Of a DNA stretch of 64,000 nucleotides, positions 11,280-37,989 are shown piece by piece. A program made the position numbers and the translations under genes. Origin of the DNA: Eledone cirrhosa (Eukaryota); NCBI GenBank assembly GCA_964016885.1, contig OZ024740.1, positions 420,608,001 through 420,672,000 on the forward strand, given 5' to 3'. Each line of letters starts with the position of its first letter. Within the stretch, counting starts at the first letter, position 1. The notes beneath the pieces were generated by a model, which was not told the origin of the DNA, ran no database searches, and worked only from the letters and a program-made list of their open reading frames with translations.

Positions 11280-11640
11280 CAAAAAGCACCCAGTCCACAC
11301 TGTAAGGTGGTTTTGTAGGTGTCACGATAAAAAGCACCCAGTACACACTGTAAAGTGGTCTTGTAGGTGTCATGACAAAAAGCACCCAGTACACACTGTA
11401 AAGTGGTCTTGTAGGTGTCATGACAAAAAGCACCCAGTACACACTGTAAGGTGGTCTTGTAGGTGTCATGACAAAAAGCACCCAGTACACACTGTGAGGT
11501 GGTCATGTAGATGTCACGACAAAAAGCACTCAGCCCACACTGTCAATTGGTTGTGTAGATATCATGACAAAAACACTCAGTCCACACTATAAAGTGGTTG
11601 GTGTTAGGAAGGGCATCCAGCCATACAAACCAAGCCAAAA
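11280..11640 (+). repeat. 51-bp minisatellite (6-7 copies) derived from the RTE/SINE tail
   Basis: Unit AAAAGCACCCAGTACACACTGTAAAGTGGTCTTGTAGGTGTCATGAC running into GGTGTTAGGAAGGGCATCCAG. Confidence 0.85.
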
Positions 11641-11659
11641 CCAGACAGGTTAATAGAGA

Positions 11660-12240
11660 ATATAGATGTTGTATGCAGTGGATGCATGGGAGAAGTAAGC
11701 ATTAGGGGTATGCATGAAATAGATTCCTTGAATTACTCATGAGGCTCCCTAGAGATTGTTGACAAGGAAGTGCTCTGAAAGAGGTAGCCAGAGGGAGAAC
11801 AAGCTGGTGCTTCGGCTAACAACAAAGAGCTCTTTCAAAGTGAAGGGTTGGCTTTATGATGTCTGTATGTGAGCAACAATGCTGCTTGGCAGTGAGACAT
11901 GGTCCTTCACTGCAGAGGACCTAGTGGGAGGTTGGGCAAGTATGCTCTGGTGGGTGTATGGTGTTGGTGTATATGAATGATGTGGCATGGATGAGCTGAG
12001 AAGGATCTAATATAATGTTCAGGAGAGAGAGGATTGTGATGGTTTGGGCATATAATGCATGTGGAAGATGACAGCTGAATAAAAGAGATACAAAGAAATT
12101 TTAGTGAGTGGCACTCATGAAGTGGGGATGGGGGGATGGGATGAAATGGTGAAGACAGAGGGGAGTGGGAGGGGCTGAATCTCATGGCAGAGATGACAAA
12201 GGACCTCGAAGATTGGCGACATGGTGCCAGAAAAGACTAG
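11660..12240 (+). mobile_element. decayed RTE 3' region
   Basis: Degenerate KGxLYD, MLxGSETW and RxxWFGHIM codons with many indels. Confidence 0.6.
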
Positions 12241-12898
12241 GCTACCAGCATAATATGACCCATCATGGCCCCTACTCCTCTCCTACCAGTTGCTTCTTAG
12301 TAACTATTCTCACCCCCACTGTACACCTCTGTCAACACTCTACCCAGGATCACCCTCATCCTTTTAAATCCTAACCCCCCCCCCACCAACCATAGCTGTT
12401 CCTATCCTCACTGTACCTCACACTCCCAACCCAGTCCCCCACCCGATATCACCCTGTCAAATTCCACCACATTTGTCATTTCTTCTCTCTCCCACATTAC
12501 ATTTAAAGTGAGTACTGGGTGCTTTTTATCGTGGCACCAAAATGACCACTTTACAGTGTGAACTGGGTAAGATAAAAATATATACACGTTTGTATATATC
12601 ATTATTTAACATGTTTTCCCTGCTAGCAAGAATAGGTTGGGTCATCACTGACCAAGACACTATTTATTCAGTGCCACTGACCTCTCAGACAAACTGGCGG
12701 GTGTGTGGTGGGTACATTTCACTTACATATGTTCTCTGTATTCTACAGGATGTAGTGGGTGGATTTTATTGTGGCATGAGCATTACGGGGTCGTCAGTTC
12801 TTTGACACAAATAAAGTTCTTTCGACTTTTTGTTTGGCAAGTTTTCTATGGTTGGATACTCTTCATGTCACCAACCATTTTGCAGAATGTGCTGGGTG

Positions 12899-13235
12899 TA
12901 TATTATCATGTCACAAACACTAGAGAGGTTGCTGTGTCCCTGACACAACTGGAAACATATTATCATGTCACAAATACTAGAGAGGTTGCTGTGTCCCTGA
13001 CACAACTGGAGATATATTATCATGTCACAAATACTAGAGATGTTTCTGTGTACCTGACACAACTGGAAACATATTATCATGTCACAAATACTAGAGAGGT
13101 TTCTGTGTCCCTGACACAACTGGAGATATATTATCATGTCACAAATACTAGAGATGTTTCTGTGTCCCTGACACAATGAAGACATATCATGATACAAACA
13201 CTAGAGAGGTTGCTCTGTCCCTGACACAACTGGAG
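12899..13235. repeat. 57-bp minisatellite, ~6 copies
   Basis: Unit ATATTATCATGTCACAAATACTAGAGAGGTTGCTGTGTCCCTGACACAACTGGAG. Confidence 0.9.
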
Positions 13236-13574
13236 AGTCCTCTAAACTCTTTTTTTTTTTTATTCTTTGGCATAATTTCTGCAGCTGGATGCCCTTCCTT
13301 TCACCACTTAATAGTATAAACTGGGCCCAGCACTAGATAGGTTTGGTGCTATGGCTGAAGAACCCTCTCAGCCCTCGTTGGCATCGTTTCTACAGCTGGA
13401 AACCATTCCTGATATCAACCATTTTACCATGGTACCAGTGCTATGGAGATTTTTGGTAATTGACTCTGTTGAAAAGCCATCTTTATTCTATCGGAGAGTT
13501 ATCTGTCGGAGAGGAACGGTACATGTCCTCTGCTGTTCGCTGTTTGTGACATATATATATATATATATATATAT

Positions 13575-15360
13575 ATCATCATCATCATCATTTTATGTCC
13601 GCTTTTCCCTGCTTGCAAGGATGGGACGGGTCTTATTCAGCACAGCATCTCTCCACTCGTCAGGGTCCTTCGTCATCTCCACCGTGAGCTTCAATAATCT
13701 GAGGTCTGTTCTCACCACCTCCGCCCATGTTTTTCGTGGTCTACCTCTACCACGTCTTCCTTCAACTGGCATTTCCTGGCACTTCTTCACCCATCGGTCA
13801 TCCTCCATGCGCATTACATGTCCATACCACCTCAGTCTCCTCTCCCGTACACTACATTCTATCCCTCTCAGATACAGTTTCTCTCTCAACACATTTATGC
13901 TGGGTCGTTCACGCACATTTACACTGCACATCCAACGGAGCATGCTTGCCTCATTTCTCTCCAACCGTTGCATATCCTCTGCAGTTGCTGCCCATGTCTC
14001 ACTACCATGCAGCATCGCGCTCCTCACACAGGCATTATACAATCGGCCTTTCGTACGCAGGGAGAAACCCTTCTTCGTCAACAGAGGAAGCAGCTCTCTA
14101 AACTTCTTCCAACCCGTCCGTATTCTAGATACTATGGCCTCGGAACACCCTCCTCCCATGCTAATCTGATGTCCTAGGTACCGGAAACTATCCACCACTT
14201 CTATAGCGCCCTCCTGCATCTGAAAAATGTGTCTATCAATGCGACTTCTACTGTCTAATTTCCCTGTACATCTACTGCATACATATTTCTCCCTACCTGT
14301 TAGTTTGCCTGCTATCCCGCTACATCTCTTGTGTACCCAGGATCTGCATTGTGTGCATTTTATAGAATTTATGCCAGTTCCTTTTCTGCATATCGAACAT
14401 GGCCATTTCCCTGACGGAATCAGGGTTTTGTTCTCTTTTCTACTCATCAACACTTTTGTCTTAGCTAGGTTCACTCTCAGTCCTCTTGCTTCTAACTGCT
14501 GTTTCCATAGCCAGAATTTATTCTCTAGCTCCTCTACGGATTCTGCTATAAGAACCAGATCGTCAGCATAGAGAAGTTCCCATGGACAGCCAGTCTTAAA
14601 CTCCTCTGTTATGGCTTGGAGGACTATAATGAACAAGAGCGGGCTGAGGACCGAACCTTGATGTACTCTTACTTGTATCTGGAATTCCTCACTAAACTCC
14701 ATTCCTACCCTGACTTTACTGAGAGTACCTCTGTACAAAGTTTGCACTGTCCTCACAAGCCATTCCTCAACACCTAGCTTCCTTAGGGACCACCAGATGA
14801 CAGATCGGGGTACCCTATCAAAGGCCTTCTCTAGGTCAACAAAGGCTAAGTTATAGTGGCTTATTTTTCTCTAAGAACCTCTCTTGCAATTGTCTCACCA
14901 AGAAGAGGGCATCTGTTGTACTCTTCCCAAACTGCATCTCATCTAGTTTGACCCTTTCTCTAATTAGTTGTGCTAAAATCCTTTCTGCCACTTTCATAAC
15001 CTGATCCATCAGTTTTATACCCCTATAATTGCTCCTCTCCAGAGCATCCCCTTTACCTTTGTAGCAATTTATGAGAATACTGCTGCACCAGTCTTTGGGT
15101 ATGACACCACCATATATAGCCTGATTGATGATGCGTGCAACCAGTTTAGTGCCTACGTCCCCTGATGCCTTCAGCATCTCAGCAACTATTCCCGATGGTC
15201 CGGCAGCCTTACCATTTTTCATTTCCCTAATCGCCTCTTGGACCCTATATTCGTCAATCTCAATAGCTGGTCCCTCTGTCGGAACTATTAAGGGTAATTT
15301 CTCTCTCTCCCATTCGTTCTCCACATTCATCAGTCTCTCATAATGACATTTCCAGGCCTC

Positions 15361-15364
<4 letters not shown>
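13575..15364 (-). mobile_element. RTE-clade LINE, second family, 5'-truncated (copy B)
   Basis: ORFs 14851-15360 and 13593-14756 carry RT motifs (HQGSVLSP, LLYADD), the PHD-like cysteine cluster and RLRWYGHVMR. (GAT)n tail; (TA)n on both sides. Confidence 0.93.
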
Positions 15365-15425
<61 letters not shown>

Positions 15426-15444
15426 CGTGTGTGTGTGTGTGTGT

Positions 15445-15881
15445 GACGGCAATGGATTTGTTTTCAAGGTTTTTGATATGAAATCGTGTGTTGAAACAAA
15501 TATTGTTATATTTGTGGAGGATCATATTGTTATAATATTGCCAGAAATATATAATAAAAACACTCACTGTTTGGATTGGTTTTCACTTCTGTATATTTTA
15601 GTCTCTCAAAGTTCTTTCATCACACACCAGTGTGTGATGAAAGAACTTTGATAGACTATATCATCATTATCATTTTACGTCGCTTGCAAGGGTATATATA
15701 TTTATATCTATATTTTTAACTGTTGGTCAATCAATGATAAACATTGATTGCCAACTAAATTAACTATAGGGATATAAAATATACAGAAGTGAAAATCAAT
15801 CCAAACCAAGCAGTGAGTGTGTTTTATTATATATTTCTGGCAATATTATAACAATATGACCCTCCACAAATATAACAATAT
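15445..15881. mobile_element. non-autonomous element with ~100-bp inverted arms and a one-sided tail
   Basis: 15499-15599 is the reverse complement of 15777-15881. Related to 56279-56538. Confidence 0.6.
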
Positions 15882-16033
15882 GTATAATATATATATATGA
15901 AGCAAAACAAACTCAAGAATGCAAAAATACACAGTTACATTAAGTTCACACTTGGAGGAAATGGAGGAGGCTTCAACATTGTAGACAGAATTCCTTCATC
16001 AGGAAAGTCTGGATAAGGAGAGAACAAGTATAT

Positions 16034-16662
16034 ATCATCATCATCTTCGTTTAACATCTATTTTCCACGCTAGCATGGGTTAGACGGGAGTTGTCTCACT
16101 TGAGGCAAGGTTGGTCGGGTGACCGTGTCTTGCTCATATAGGATTGTATCTGGCAGGTTTTCTACGGCTGGATGCCCTTCCTAACACCAACCACATTTAC
16201 AGTGCAGAACTGGGAACTTTTTACCGTGTTACCTACACGATCACATTACAGTGTGACTGTTTTTTTTTCTCGTGACACCTACACAATCTCGATCTCATTA
16301 TCTCATTTATTTGGACTGGATGTTGTGGTACCAACTTTATAGAGAGAGGGTGGTGTAGGGGTAGTGGATTGGGGTGTATATTTGGTTAAGAGGTGCCTAC
16401 TGACTGTAGGTTTCGTTTTGTACATAGGCAAGGTGGGTCTTCTGTATTACTGCATAGCGCCAAAGATCTCGGTCCAGTGACATTGTCTTAGAGAGGTGTA
16501 AGTGTGTAAAGTCGGAATTTATCAGATCGTCCCAGGTTTTTCTGGGTCTACCTACTCCGTAACTACCATCAATTTTGATCGCCCTGCACTTTTTTATACA
16601 GCTGTCGTCTTTCATGCGCATCACGTGACCATACCAACGTAGTCTTCTCTCAAGTAAACACC
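16034..16662 (-). mobile_element. RTE 3' fragment, diverged relative of copy A
   Basis: MRMKDDSCIKKCRAIKIDGSYGVGRPRKTWDDL plus 3' UTR and (GAT)n tail. Confidence 0.88.
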
Positions 16663-16665
16663 ATT

Positions 16666-16713
<48 letters not shown>

Positions 16714-17329
16714 TTATTTATGTTCAATGAACATAAATAAATAATATATTTCTACTTTCTTCCCAATTGAGCACTGTTTTCCTTTTTCCTTATCACAATT
16801 ATAGATTCCAAGGTTTGCTCCCTCTTTGGGGTCTCAAGATATGCAATCTTTGTGCAACCCTCCCAGAACAGGTCACAGGCCCATTGCCAGTTTTTGTAGC
16901 ATGAAATAGAGACTGCAATATATTTTTCCAATAGGCCCCTCTACCTAAGGCCTTAATGTGTCCGTTGTTAACCCATTTGAAGGATGATACAGTTTGGTTA
17001 TTTTTCTTACCTCTCACCATATTGCAGTTTTGGTGGTCTTATTCACACCAGTCACCAATCTGGTACTTTCTCAAACCTATGAAGACTAGGCTTTTTTAGA
17101 GGTGGCCTTTACTCGCCTCATCATAGCCACATCACTGGGTTGTGAGAGTTTTCTTGGGAGCTACAGGTGTCACCCATTGCTCCCAACTCCATAGTAGTTT
17201 ACCGCTGTTGGTCCAGGGCTGCTTATTCATCTGGCAGTTACCTGCTTATATCGCAACTAACCATCATATAAGGTGGCCATATTGTTATCTGCCACCTGTG
17301 ACCTGTTCTCTAGCAGAACAGCTACTTCT

Positions 17330-17592
17330 CCAAATGGAGAGATCGCAGCTCCAATACTATGGGCATGTGGATAGAATGTCTCAGGAAAAGAATCGCTGGA
17401 CAGATTTTATGGGCAAAAACTAACCGGCAGGAGACCCAGAGCAAGATGGATAACATCCCATGAGCTTGGCTGGTCTCACTTGGGGATCCAGCTGGATTAG
17501 TTGGTGATGGTTACTTCTGTCAGGACTCAATGGAAGGAGTATTTGAGGACTCTTCCCCCACAACCCTCTCAGGAATAAGTGGCTGAAGAAGA
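17330..17592 (+). mobile_element. older RTE-like LINE 3' fragment
   Basis: MERSQLQYYGHVDRM; same family as 7685-7900. Confidence 0.6.
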
Positions 17593-17620
17593 CACCTACA
17601 GATATTGCTACATATATATC

Positions 17621-17874
17621 CATCATCATCATCATCATTTTACGTCTGCTTTTCCCTGCTTGCAAGGGTGGGACATGAATCGGACCGAGAAAACAATGTT
17701 TCCGTCGGTCTTTCCAGTTGCCAGTACTATCTATCAGTCGCAACTCCAGGTAGAAGGAGCAATGTGAAATAAAGTGTCTTGCTCAAGGACATAACGCATC
17801 GTCTGGTCCAGCTACCGAACTCACAACCTCACGATTGCGAATCCAGTTCTCTAACCAATCAGCCACACGCCTTC
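17621..17874 (-). mobile_element. tRNA-derived SINE
   Basis: Minus strand has A box TGGCTGATTGG, B box GAGTTCGGT, CCTTGAGCAAGACACTT core and an RTE-like tail with (GAT)n. Confidence 0.75.
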
Positions 17875-17905
17875 ATATATATATATATATACATACTTAT
17901 ACAAA

Positions 17906-17967
<62 letters not shown>

Positions 17968-17975
17968 TATATAAA

Positions 17976-18105
<130 letters not shown>

Positions 18106-18129
18106 AATGTGTGTGTGTATATGTATATA

Positions 18130-18175
<46 letters not shown>

Positions 18176-18183
18176 TATATAAT

Positions 18184-18225
<42 letters not shown>

Positions 18226-18230
18226 GACCA

Positions 18231-18430
18231 GGTGGTGTGTTGTTTCCTTGAGCAAGACACTTTATTTCACATTGCTCCAGTTTACTCAGCTGTAGAAATG
18301 AGATGATAGGGACCCCAGTCCCTATAATTCCGCTGCAAAGTGGTCGTGTAGGTGCCAGCTGTAGAAATCAAGCCAGAATCAGTTCCCATCCCACCCTTGC
18401 AAGCAAGGAAAAGTGGACGTAAAATGATGA
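18231..18430 (+). mobile_element. SINE, 5'-truncated
   Basis: Matches 700-960 with an internal deletion. Confidence 0.8.
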
Positions 18431-18493
18431 AAAAAATATATATATGTATATATATATATATAGATATATATATATACACACACGTGTGTATAT

Positions 18494-18765
18494 ATCATCA
18501 TTTCATTTTACGTCCACTTTTCCCTGCTTGCAAGGGTGGGACGGGAACTGATTCTGGCTTGATTTCTACAGCTGGCACCTACACGACCACTTTGCAGCGG
18601 AATTATAGGGACCCCAGTCCCTATCATCTCATTTCTACAGCTGAGTAAACTGGAGCAATGTGAAATAAAGCGTCTTGCTCAAGGAAACAACACATCACCC
18701 GGTCTGAGAATTGAACTCACAACCTTTCGATTGCAAGGCCAATGCTCTAACCACTAAGCCATGTG

Positions 18766-18767
<2 letters not shown>
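18494..18767 (-). mobile_element. tRNA-derived SINE, full head
   Basis: Reverse complement of the 635-976 family with the same internal deletion as 18231-18430. Confidence 0.85.
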
Positions 18768-18845
<78 letters not shown>

Positions 18846-18852
18846 TATATAT

Positions 18853-19210
18853 ATCATCATCATCATCATCATCAACGTTTAACGTCCGTGTTCCACGCTT
18901 GCATGGGTTTGGACGGGGGTAGTCCCACTTGAGGCAAGAGTGATTGTCTTGCTCGCATAGGACTGTCTGGCAGGTTTTCTACAGTTGGATGCCCTTCCTA
19001 ACACCAACCACATTTACAGTGTGGGTCTGGGAGGTTTTTACCGTGTTGCCTACACGGCCACATTACAGCGTGGACTGTGTGTTTTTTTGTCGTGACACCT
19101 ACACGATCTCATTTGTTTCGGCCTCGATGGCGCGGCACCAACATAACTTACATAGAACGGGGTGGTGTGGATGGGGTGGGGGTGGTGGTGGTGGGACGGG
19201 GTGTATTTTG
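18853..19210 (-). mobile_element. RTE 3' UTR-only copy (family A)
   Basis: Near-identical reverse complement of 6513-6862, flanked by (TA)n. Confidence 0.9.
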
Positions 19211-19332
19211 ATATATATATATTATATATATATATTATATTATATATATATATATATTATATATATATATATTATATATATTATATATATATATATATAT
19301 TATATATATATATATTATATATATATCTATAT

Positions 19333-19366
<34 letters not shown>

Positions 19367-19865
19367 ATATATTATATGATGATGATATATATATATTATA
19401 TATATATATTATATATATATATATTATATATATATATATTATATATATATATATTATATATATATATATTATATATATATTATATTATATATATATATAT
19501 ATTATATTTATATATATATATTATATATATATATTATATATATATATTATATATATATATATATATTATATTATATATATATATATATTATATATATATA
19601 TATTATATATATATATATTATATATATATATATATTATATATATATATATATATTATATATATATATATATTATATATATATATATATTATATATATATA
19701 TATATTATATATATATATATATTATATATATATATATATATTATATATATATATATATTATATATATATATATATTATATATATATATATATTATATATA
19801 TATATATATTATATATATATTATATATATATATTATATATATATATTATATATATATATATATAT

Positions 19866-19940
<75 letters not shown>

Positions 19941-19958
19941 ATATATATATATATATAT

Positions 19959-19990
<32 letters not shown>

Positions 19991-20068
19991 ATTATATATA
20001 TATATATATATTATATATATATATTATATATATATTATATATATTATATATATATATATATATTATAT
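19211..20068. repeat. interrupted (TA)n array
   Basis: TA dinucleotide with periodic TT phase shifts. Confidence 0.95.
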
Positions 20069-23000
20069 AAGCTTTTCTGGGTGGGAAACGACGATGGGCT
20101 GGGTGGAGTAGGAATCATGGTAGCAGAAAAGTGGGCAGATAAGATAATAGACGTAAATAGAGTGAACGACAGAATAATTAAAATAAGACTTGTCCTCAAT
20201 AGAACTACGGTGACAGTAATATCTGCGTACGCACCCCAATCCGGACTGCCGGCACTATAAAAGACAGATTCTATGAGACACTGTTGCTAACTACCTCCCA
20301 AATATCTGACAGTGACTATATAATTATTGCAGGCGACCTAAATGGTCACGTTGGACAACATTGTGACGGCTATGACGAAATCCATGGAGGCTATGGGTTT
20401 GGTACTAGAAATGAGGAAGGCTCCAGAATTCTGGAATACTGTGATGCAAATAACCTAACTATCTGTAACACTAACTTCAAAAAACGTGACAATCACCTGA
20501 TTACCTATAGATCGGGGAACACACAAGCCAGGTAGATTATATCCTTACCAGAAGACGTGACAGAGTGTCTGTTGTAAACACTAAATCCCTCCCCATGAAG
20601 AATGCACCTCCCAACATAGACTGATAATTAGCGACCTCATAGTCAGGACGAGACGCACCCGACAGCAGAAGAGGACTATCCTCAGGAGGAAAATATGGAA
20701 ACTAAAGGACCCCACAGCCAGAAATAAATTTCAAAGCATATTACTTGATGCTTTCGACAGTAAGGAAGAGCATCTAGAATCGGACAATATAGAGGGACAG
20801 TGGAAATTTCTGAAAGCAAACCTGCTGTTGGCGACAGACGAAGTCTGTGCTGGAGCAGGCCTGTAGGCAGGAGAGAGTAACATGGTGGTGGAACAATAGG
20901 GTGGAGGGGTCAATTAAGGCCAAAAGCAGGCTTGGAAAGTATGGCGGGATGGGGGAAGTAGAGAAGACTATCAAGTGGCCAGGAGGGAAGCTAGGAGAGA
21001 AGTGTACTTAGCAAGAAGGGAAGCTGAGGAAAGAAAGTTCAAGCATGTTCTACAACGCGATGACCAAAAACGTGAGGTGTTCAGGATTGCCAGGCAATGC
21101 GTCAAGGAAAACTGTGATATTGTCGGGGAGAAGTGTGTACTTAACGATGATGGCATACTTGCCATCACCGACACTGATAAGAAGGTAGCTTGGAAGTGTC
21201 ACTATGAAAGGCTACTAAATGAGGAGAATAAATGGGAGAAAGACAGTCTCCCCCTTATCGACCCGATAGAGGGACCAGCAGTGTTAGTCGAGGGGAGTAT
21301 AATAAGTAAGGCAATCAAGGATATGAAGACTGGTAAGGCGGCTGGGCCTTCGAAATAGTTGCTGAGATGCTGAAGGCATCTGGCACGGTGGGACACACCA
21401 TGGTCACCCGCATAGTTAACCAAGTCGTACAGAATGGGGTTGTTCCGAAGGACTGGCATAGCAGCATCATCGTTAACTGTTATAAGGGTAAAGGAGACGC
21501 CCTAGATAGGAGTAACTATAGAGGCATTAAATTAATCGACCAGGTCATGAAGGTCACGGAAAAAGTAATAGCGCAACTAATCAGAGAGAGAATTGATCTA
21601 GATGAAATGCAGTTCGGGTTTGTGTCAGGCAAAAGCACCACAGACGCTCTTTTCATAGTACGACAACTACAGGAGAAGTACCTAGCTAAAGGTAAACCCC
21701 TCTACTTAGCTTTTGTCGACCTGGAGAAAGCCTTCGACAGAGTCCCCCGCTCCATTATCTGGTGGGCTCTTAGAAAACTAGGCGTTGGACGAATGGCTTG
21801 TGAGGGCTATACAAGCCATGTATAAAGAAACAGTCAGCAAGGTTAGAATTAACAACGAATATAGTGAAGAGTTTAGCGTAAAAGTTGGCGTCCATCAGGG
21901 CTCTGTTCTCAGCCCCCTACTATTTATTATTGCCCTTCAGGCTATAACAGAGGAGTTCAAGACAGGCTGCCCATGGGAACTCCTATACGCAGACGACCTG
22001 ACACTCATAGCGGAATCAATGGCCGAGCTAGAGAAGAAATTCCAAACATGGAAGCACGGCCTAGAGTCAAAAGACTTAAAATTAACCTGGCTAAGACCAA
22101 AGTTCTAGTTTGTAGGAAAGAAAACAAGGCGGCGGTCCCTTCTGGGAAATGGTCGTGCTCGTATGTAGGAAAGGCGTAGGTAGAAACTCCATCTTATGTC
22201 CTAAATGCAAAGTATGGGTGCATAAAAGATGTAGTGGGATCACAGGTAAGCTAACTAAGAACATAGACTTTACATGTGGCCGGTGTTCTGGTGCAATAAG
22301 TAGCAGCAAGTGCCCACAAAATACTAGCTCTTTCAATTGCGCAGAGGGTTCTATAGAAATAGTGGACAGCTTCCGTTACCTGGGCGATAAAATCAGCAGT
22401 GGGGGAGGGTGCTCTGAAAGTACTGTAGCTAGAGTCAGAACTGGTTGGAAAAAGTTCAGAGAGCTTATACCACTATTAGCTGCTAAAGGGTTCTCCCTAA
22501 AAATGAAAGGCAGGTTGTACGATGCCTGCATACGAACAGCAATGTTGCATGGTAGTGAGACCTGGGCATTGTGTGCAGAGGATATACGCAGACTAGAGAG
22601 GAACGAAGCTTGCATGCTCCGCTGGATGTGTAACAGTAATATACGTGAACGGCAAAGCATAAACGAACTAAGGAAAAAATTAGAGATAAGAGGGATCAGA
22701 TGTTGTTTACTCGAGAGAAGGCTGCGTTGGTATGGACACGTGATGCGCATGAAAGTCGATAGCTGTATTACAAAGTGCAGGGCAATAAAGATAGACGGTA
22801 GCCACGGAATAGGCAGACCTAGAAAAACATGGGATGAGCTGATAAACTCCGACCTCACACACTTACACCTCTCCAAGACAATGTCACTGGACCGTGACCT
22901 TTGGCGGTACTCAGTAACAGAGAAGACCCGCCTTGCCAGTAGGCATCTCTAACAAAATACACCCCTCCCGCCGCCACCCCCACCCCATCCACACACCCCG

Positions 23001-23302
23001 TTCTATGTAAAGTTATGTTGGTGCCGCGCCATCCAGGCCGAAACAAATGAGATCGTGTAGGTGTCACGACAAAAAAACACACAGTCCACGCTGTAATGTG
23101 GCCGTGTAGGCAACACGGTAAAAACCTCCCAGACCCACACTGTAAATGTGGTTGGTGTTAGGAAGGGCATCCAACTGTAGAAAACCTGCCAGACAGTCCT
23201 ATGCGAGCAAGACAATCACTCTTGCCTCAAGTGGGACTACCCCCGTCCAAACCCATGCAAGCGTGGAACACGGACGTTAAACGTTGATGATGATGATGAT
23301 GA

Positions 23303-23305
<3 letters not shown>
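20066..23305 (+). mobile_element. RTE-clade LINE, longer copy of family A (copy C) with partial AP endonuclease
   Basis: APE motifs GVGIMV, ISAYAPQ, AGDLNGHVG, ICNTNF and DYIL. The RT region is nearly identical to 4513-6862 apart from several 1-bp indels. Confidence 0.95.
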
Positions 23306-37322
<14,017 letters not shown>

Positions 37323-37330
37323 ATACATAT

Positions 37331-37878
37331 GAAGACTAAAATCCAAAGAGGGCTCGATAGCGATAAATATATATCAATTATATAAGAACCGTAGAGCAAA
37401 TATTTATTAAAATAATAGATTAATGTTTAAGCAAAGAATCGGCTGCTTTCACCCTTAATGGGATCTTCTGAAACTAAAAAAAAAAATCAATCTGTGAATG
37501 CAGAAGTAAATATTTCGAAAAACGTTGCAAACGAAGGAAGACAGGAAGACGATACTTTGGTTCGTGGAGACGTAGTTTTAGGTATTTCTTCCTGCTTGCT
37601 ACAGGTATCTTCTTTGTAGAAATATTCAGATGTTTCTGCATGATGAATATAAGTCAATATAAGTCAAGGGAGCCAAATAGTAATAATAATAAATTTGAAG
37701 ACTAACATCCAGAGAGGGCTCGATAACGATAAATATATATCAAATATATAAGAACTGTAGGGCAAATATTTATTAAAATAACAGATTAAAGTTTAAGCAA
37801 AGAATCGGCTGCTTTGACCCTTAATGGGATCTTCTGAAACTAAAAAAAATCAATCTGTGAACGCAGAAGTAAATATTT
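37331..37878. repeat. ~185-bp direct repeat pair
   Basis: 37331-37516 and 37697-37878 are highly similar. Confidence 0.85.
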
Positions 37879-37989
37879 CTAAGCCGACTTTTCCCAATTG
37901 CACCTCTCAAGGGCAATGACACACGACCATTACCTCTGGCGTCACACAGTAATACAGAAGACCCGAATTTCCACAGGAACATATAGACA

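Noticed and set aside
13351-14571. Plus-strand ORFs of 114-272 aa
   Set aside because: Antisense shadows of the RTE coding sequence.
15975-16010. CUGAUGA on the minus strand
   Set aside because: No downstream GAAA or closing stems.
37440-37480. Hammerhead on the minus strand of the 185-bp direct repeat
   Set aside because: Core reads CAGAAGA in both copies, and no convincing stem I or cleavage triplet was found.
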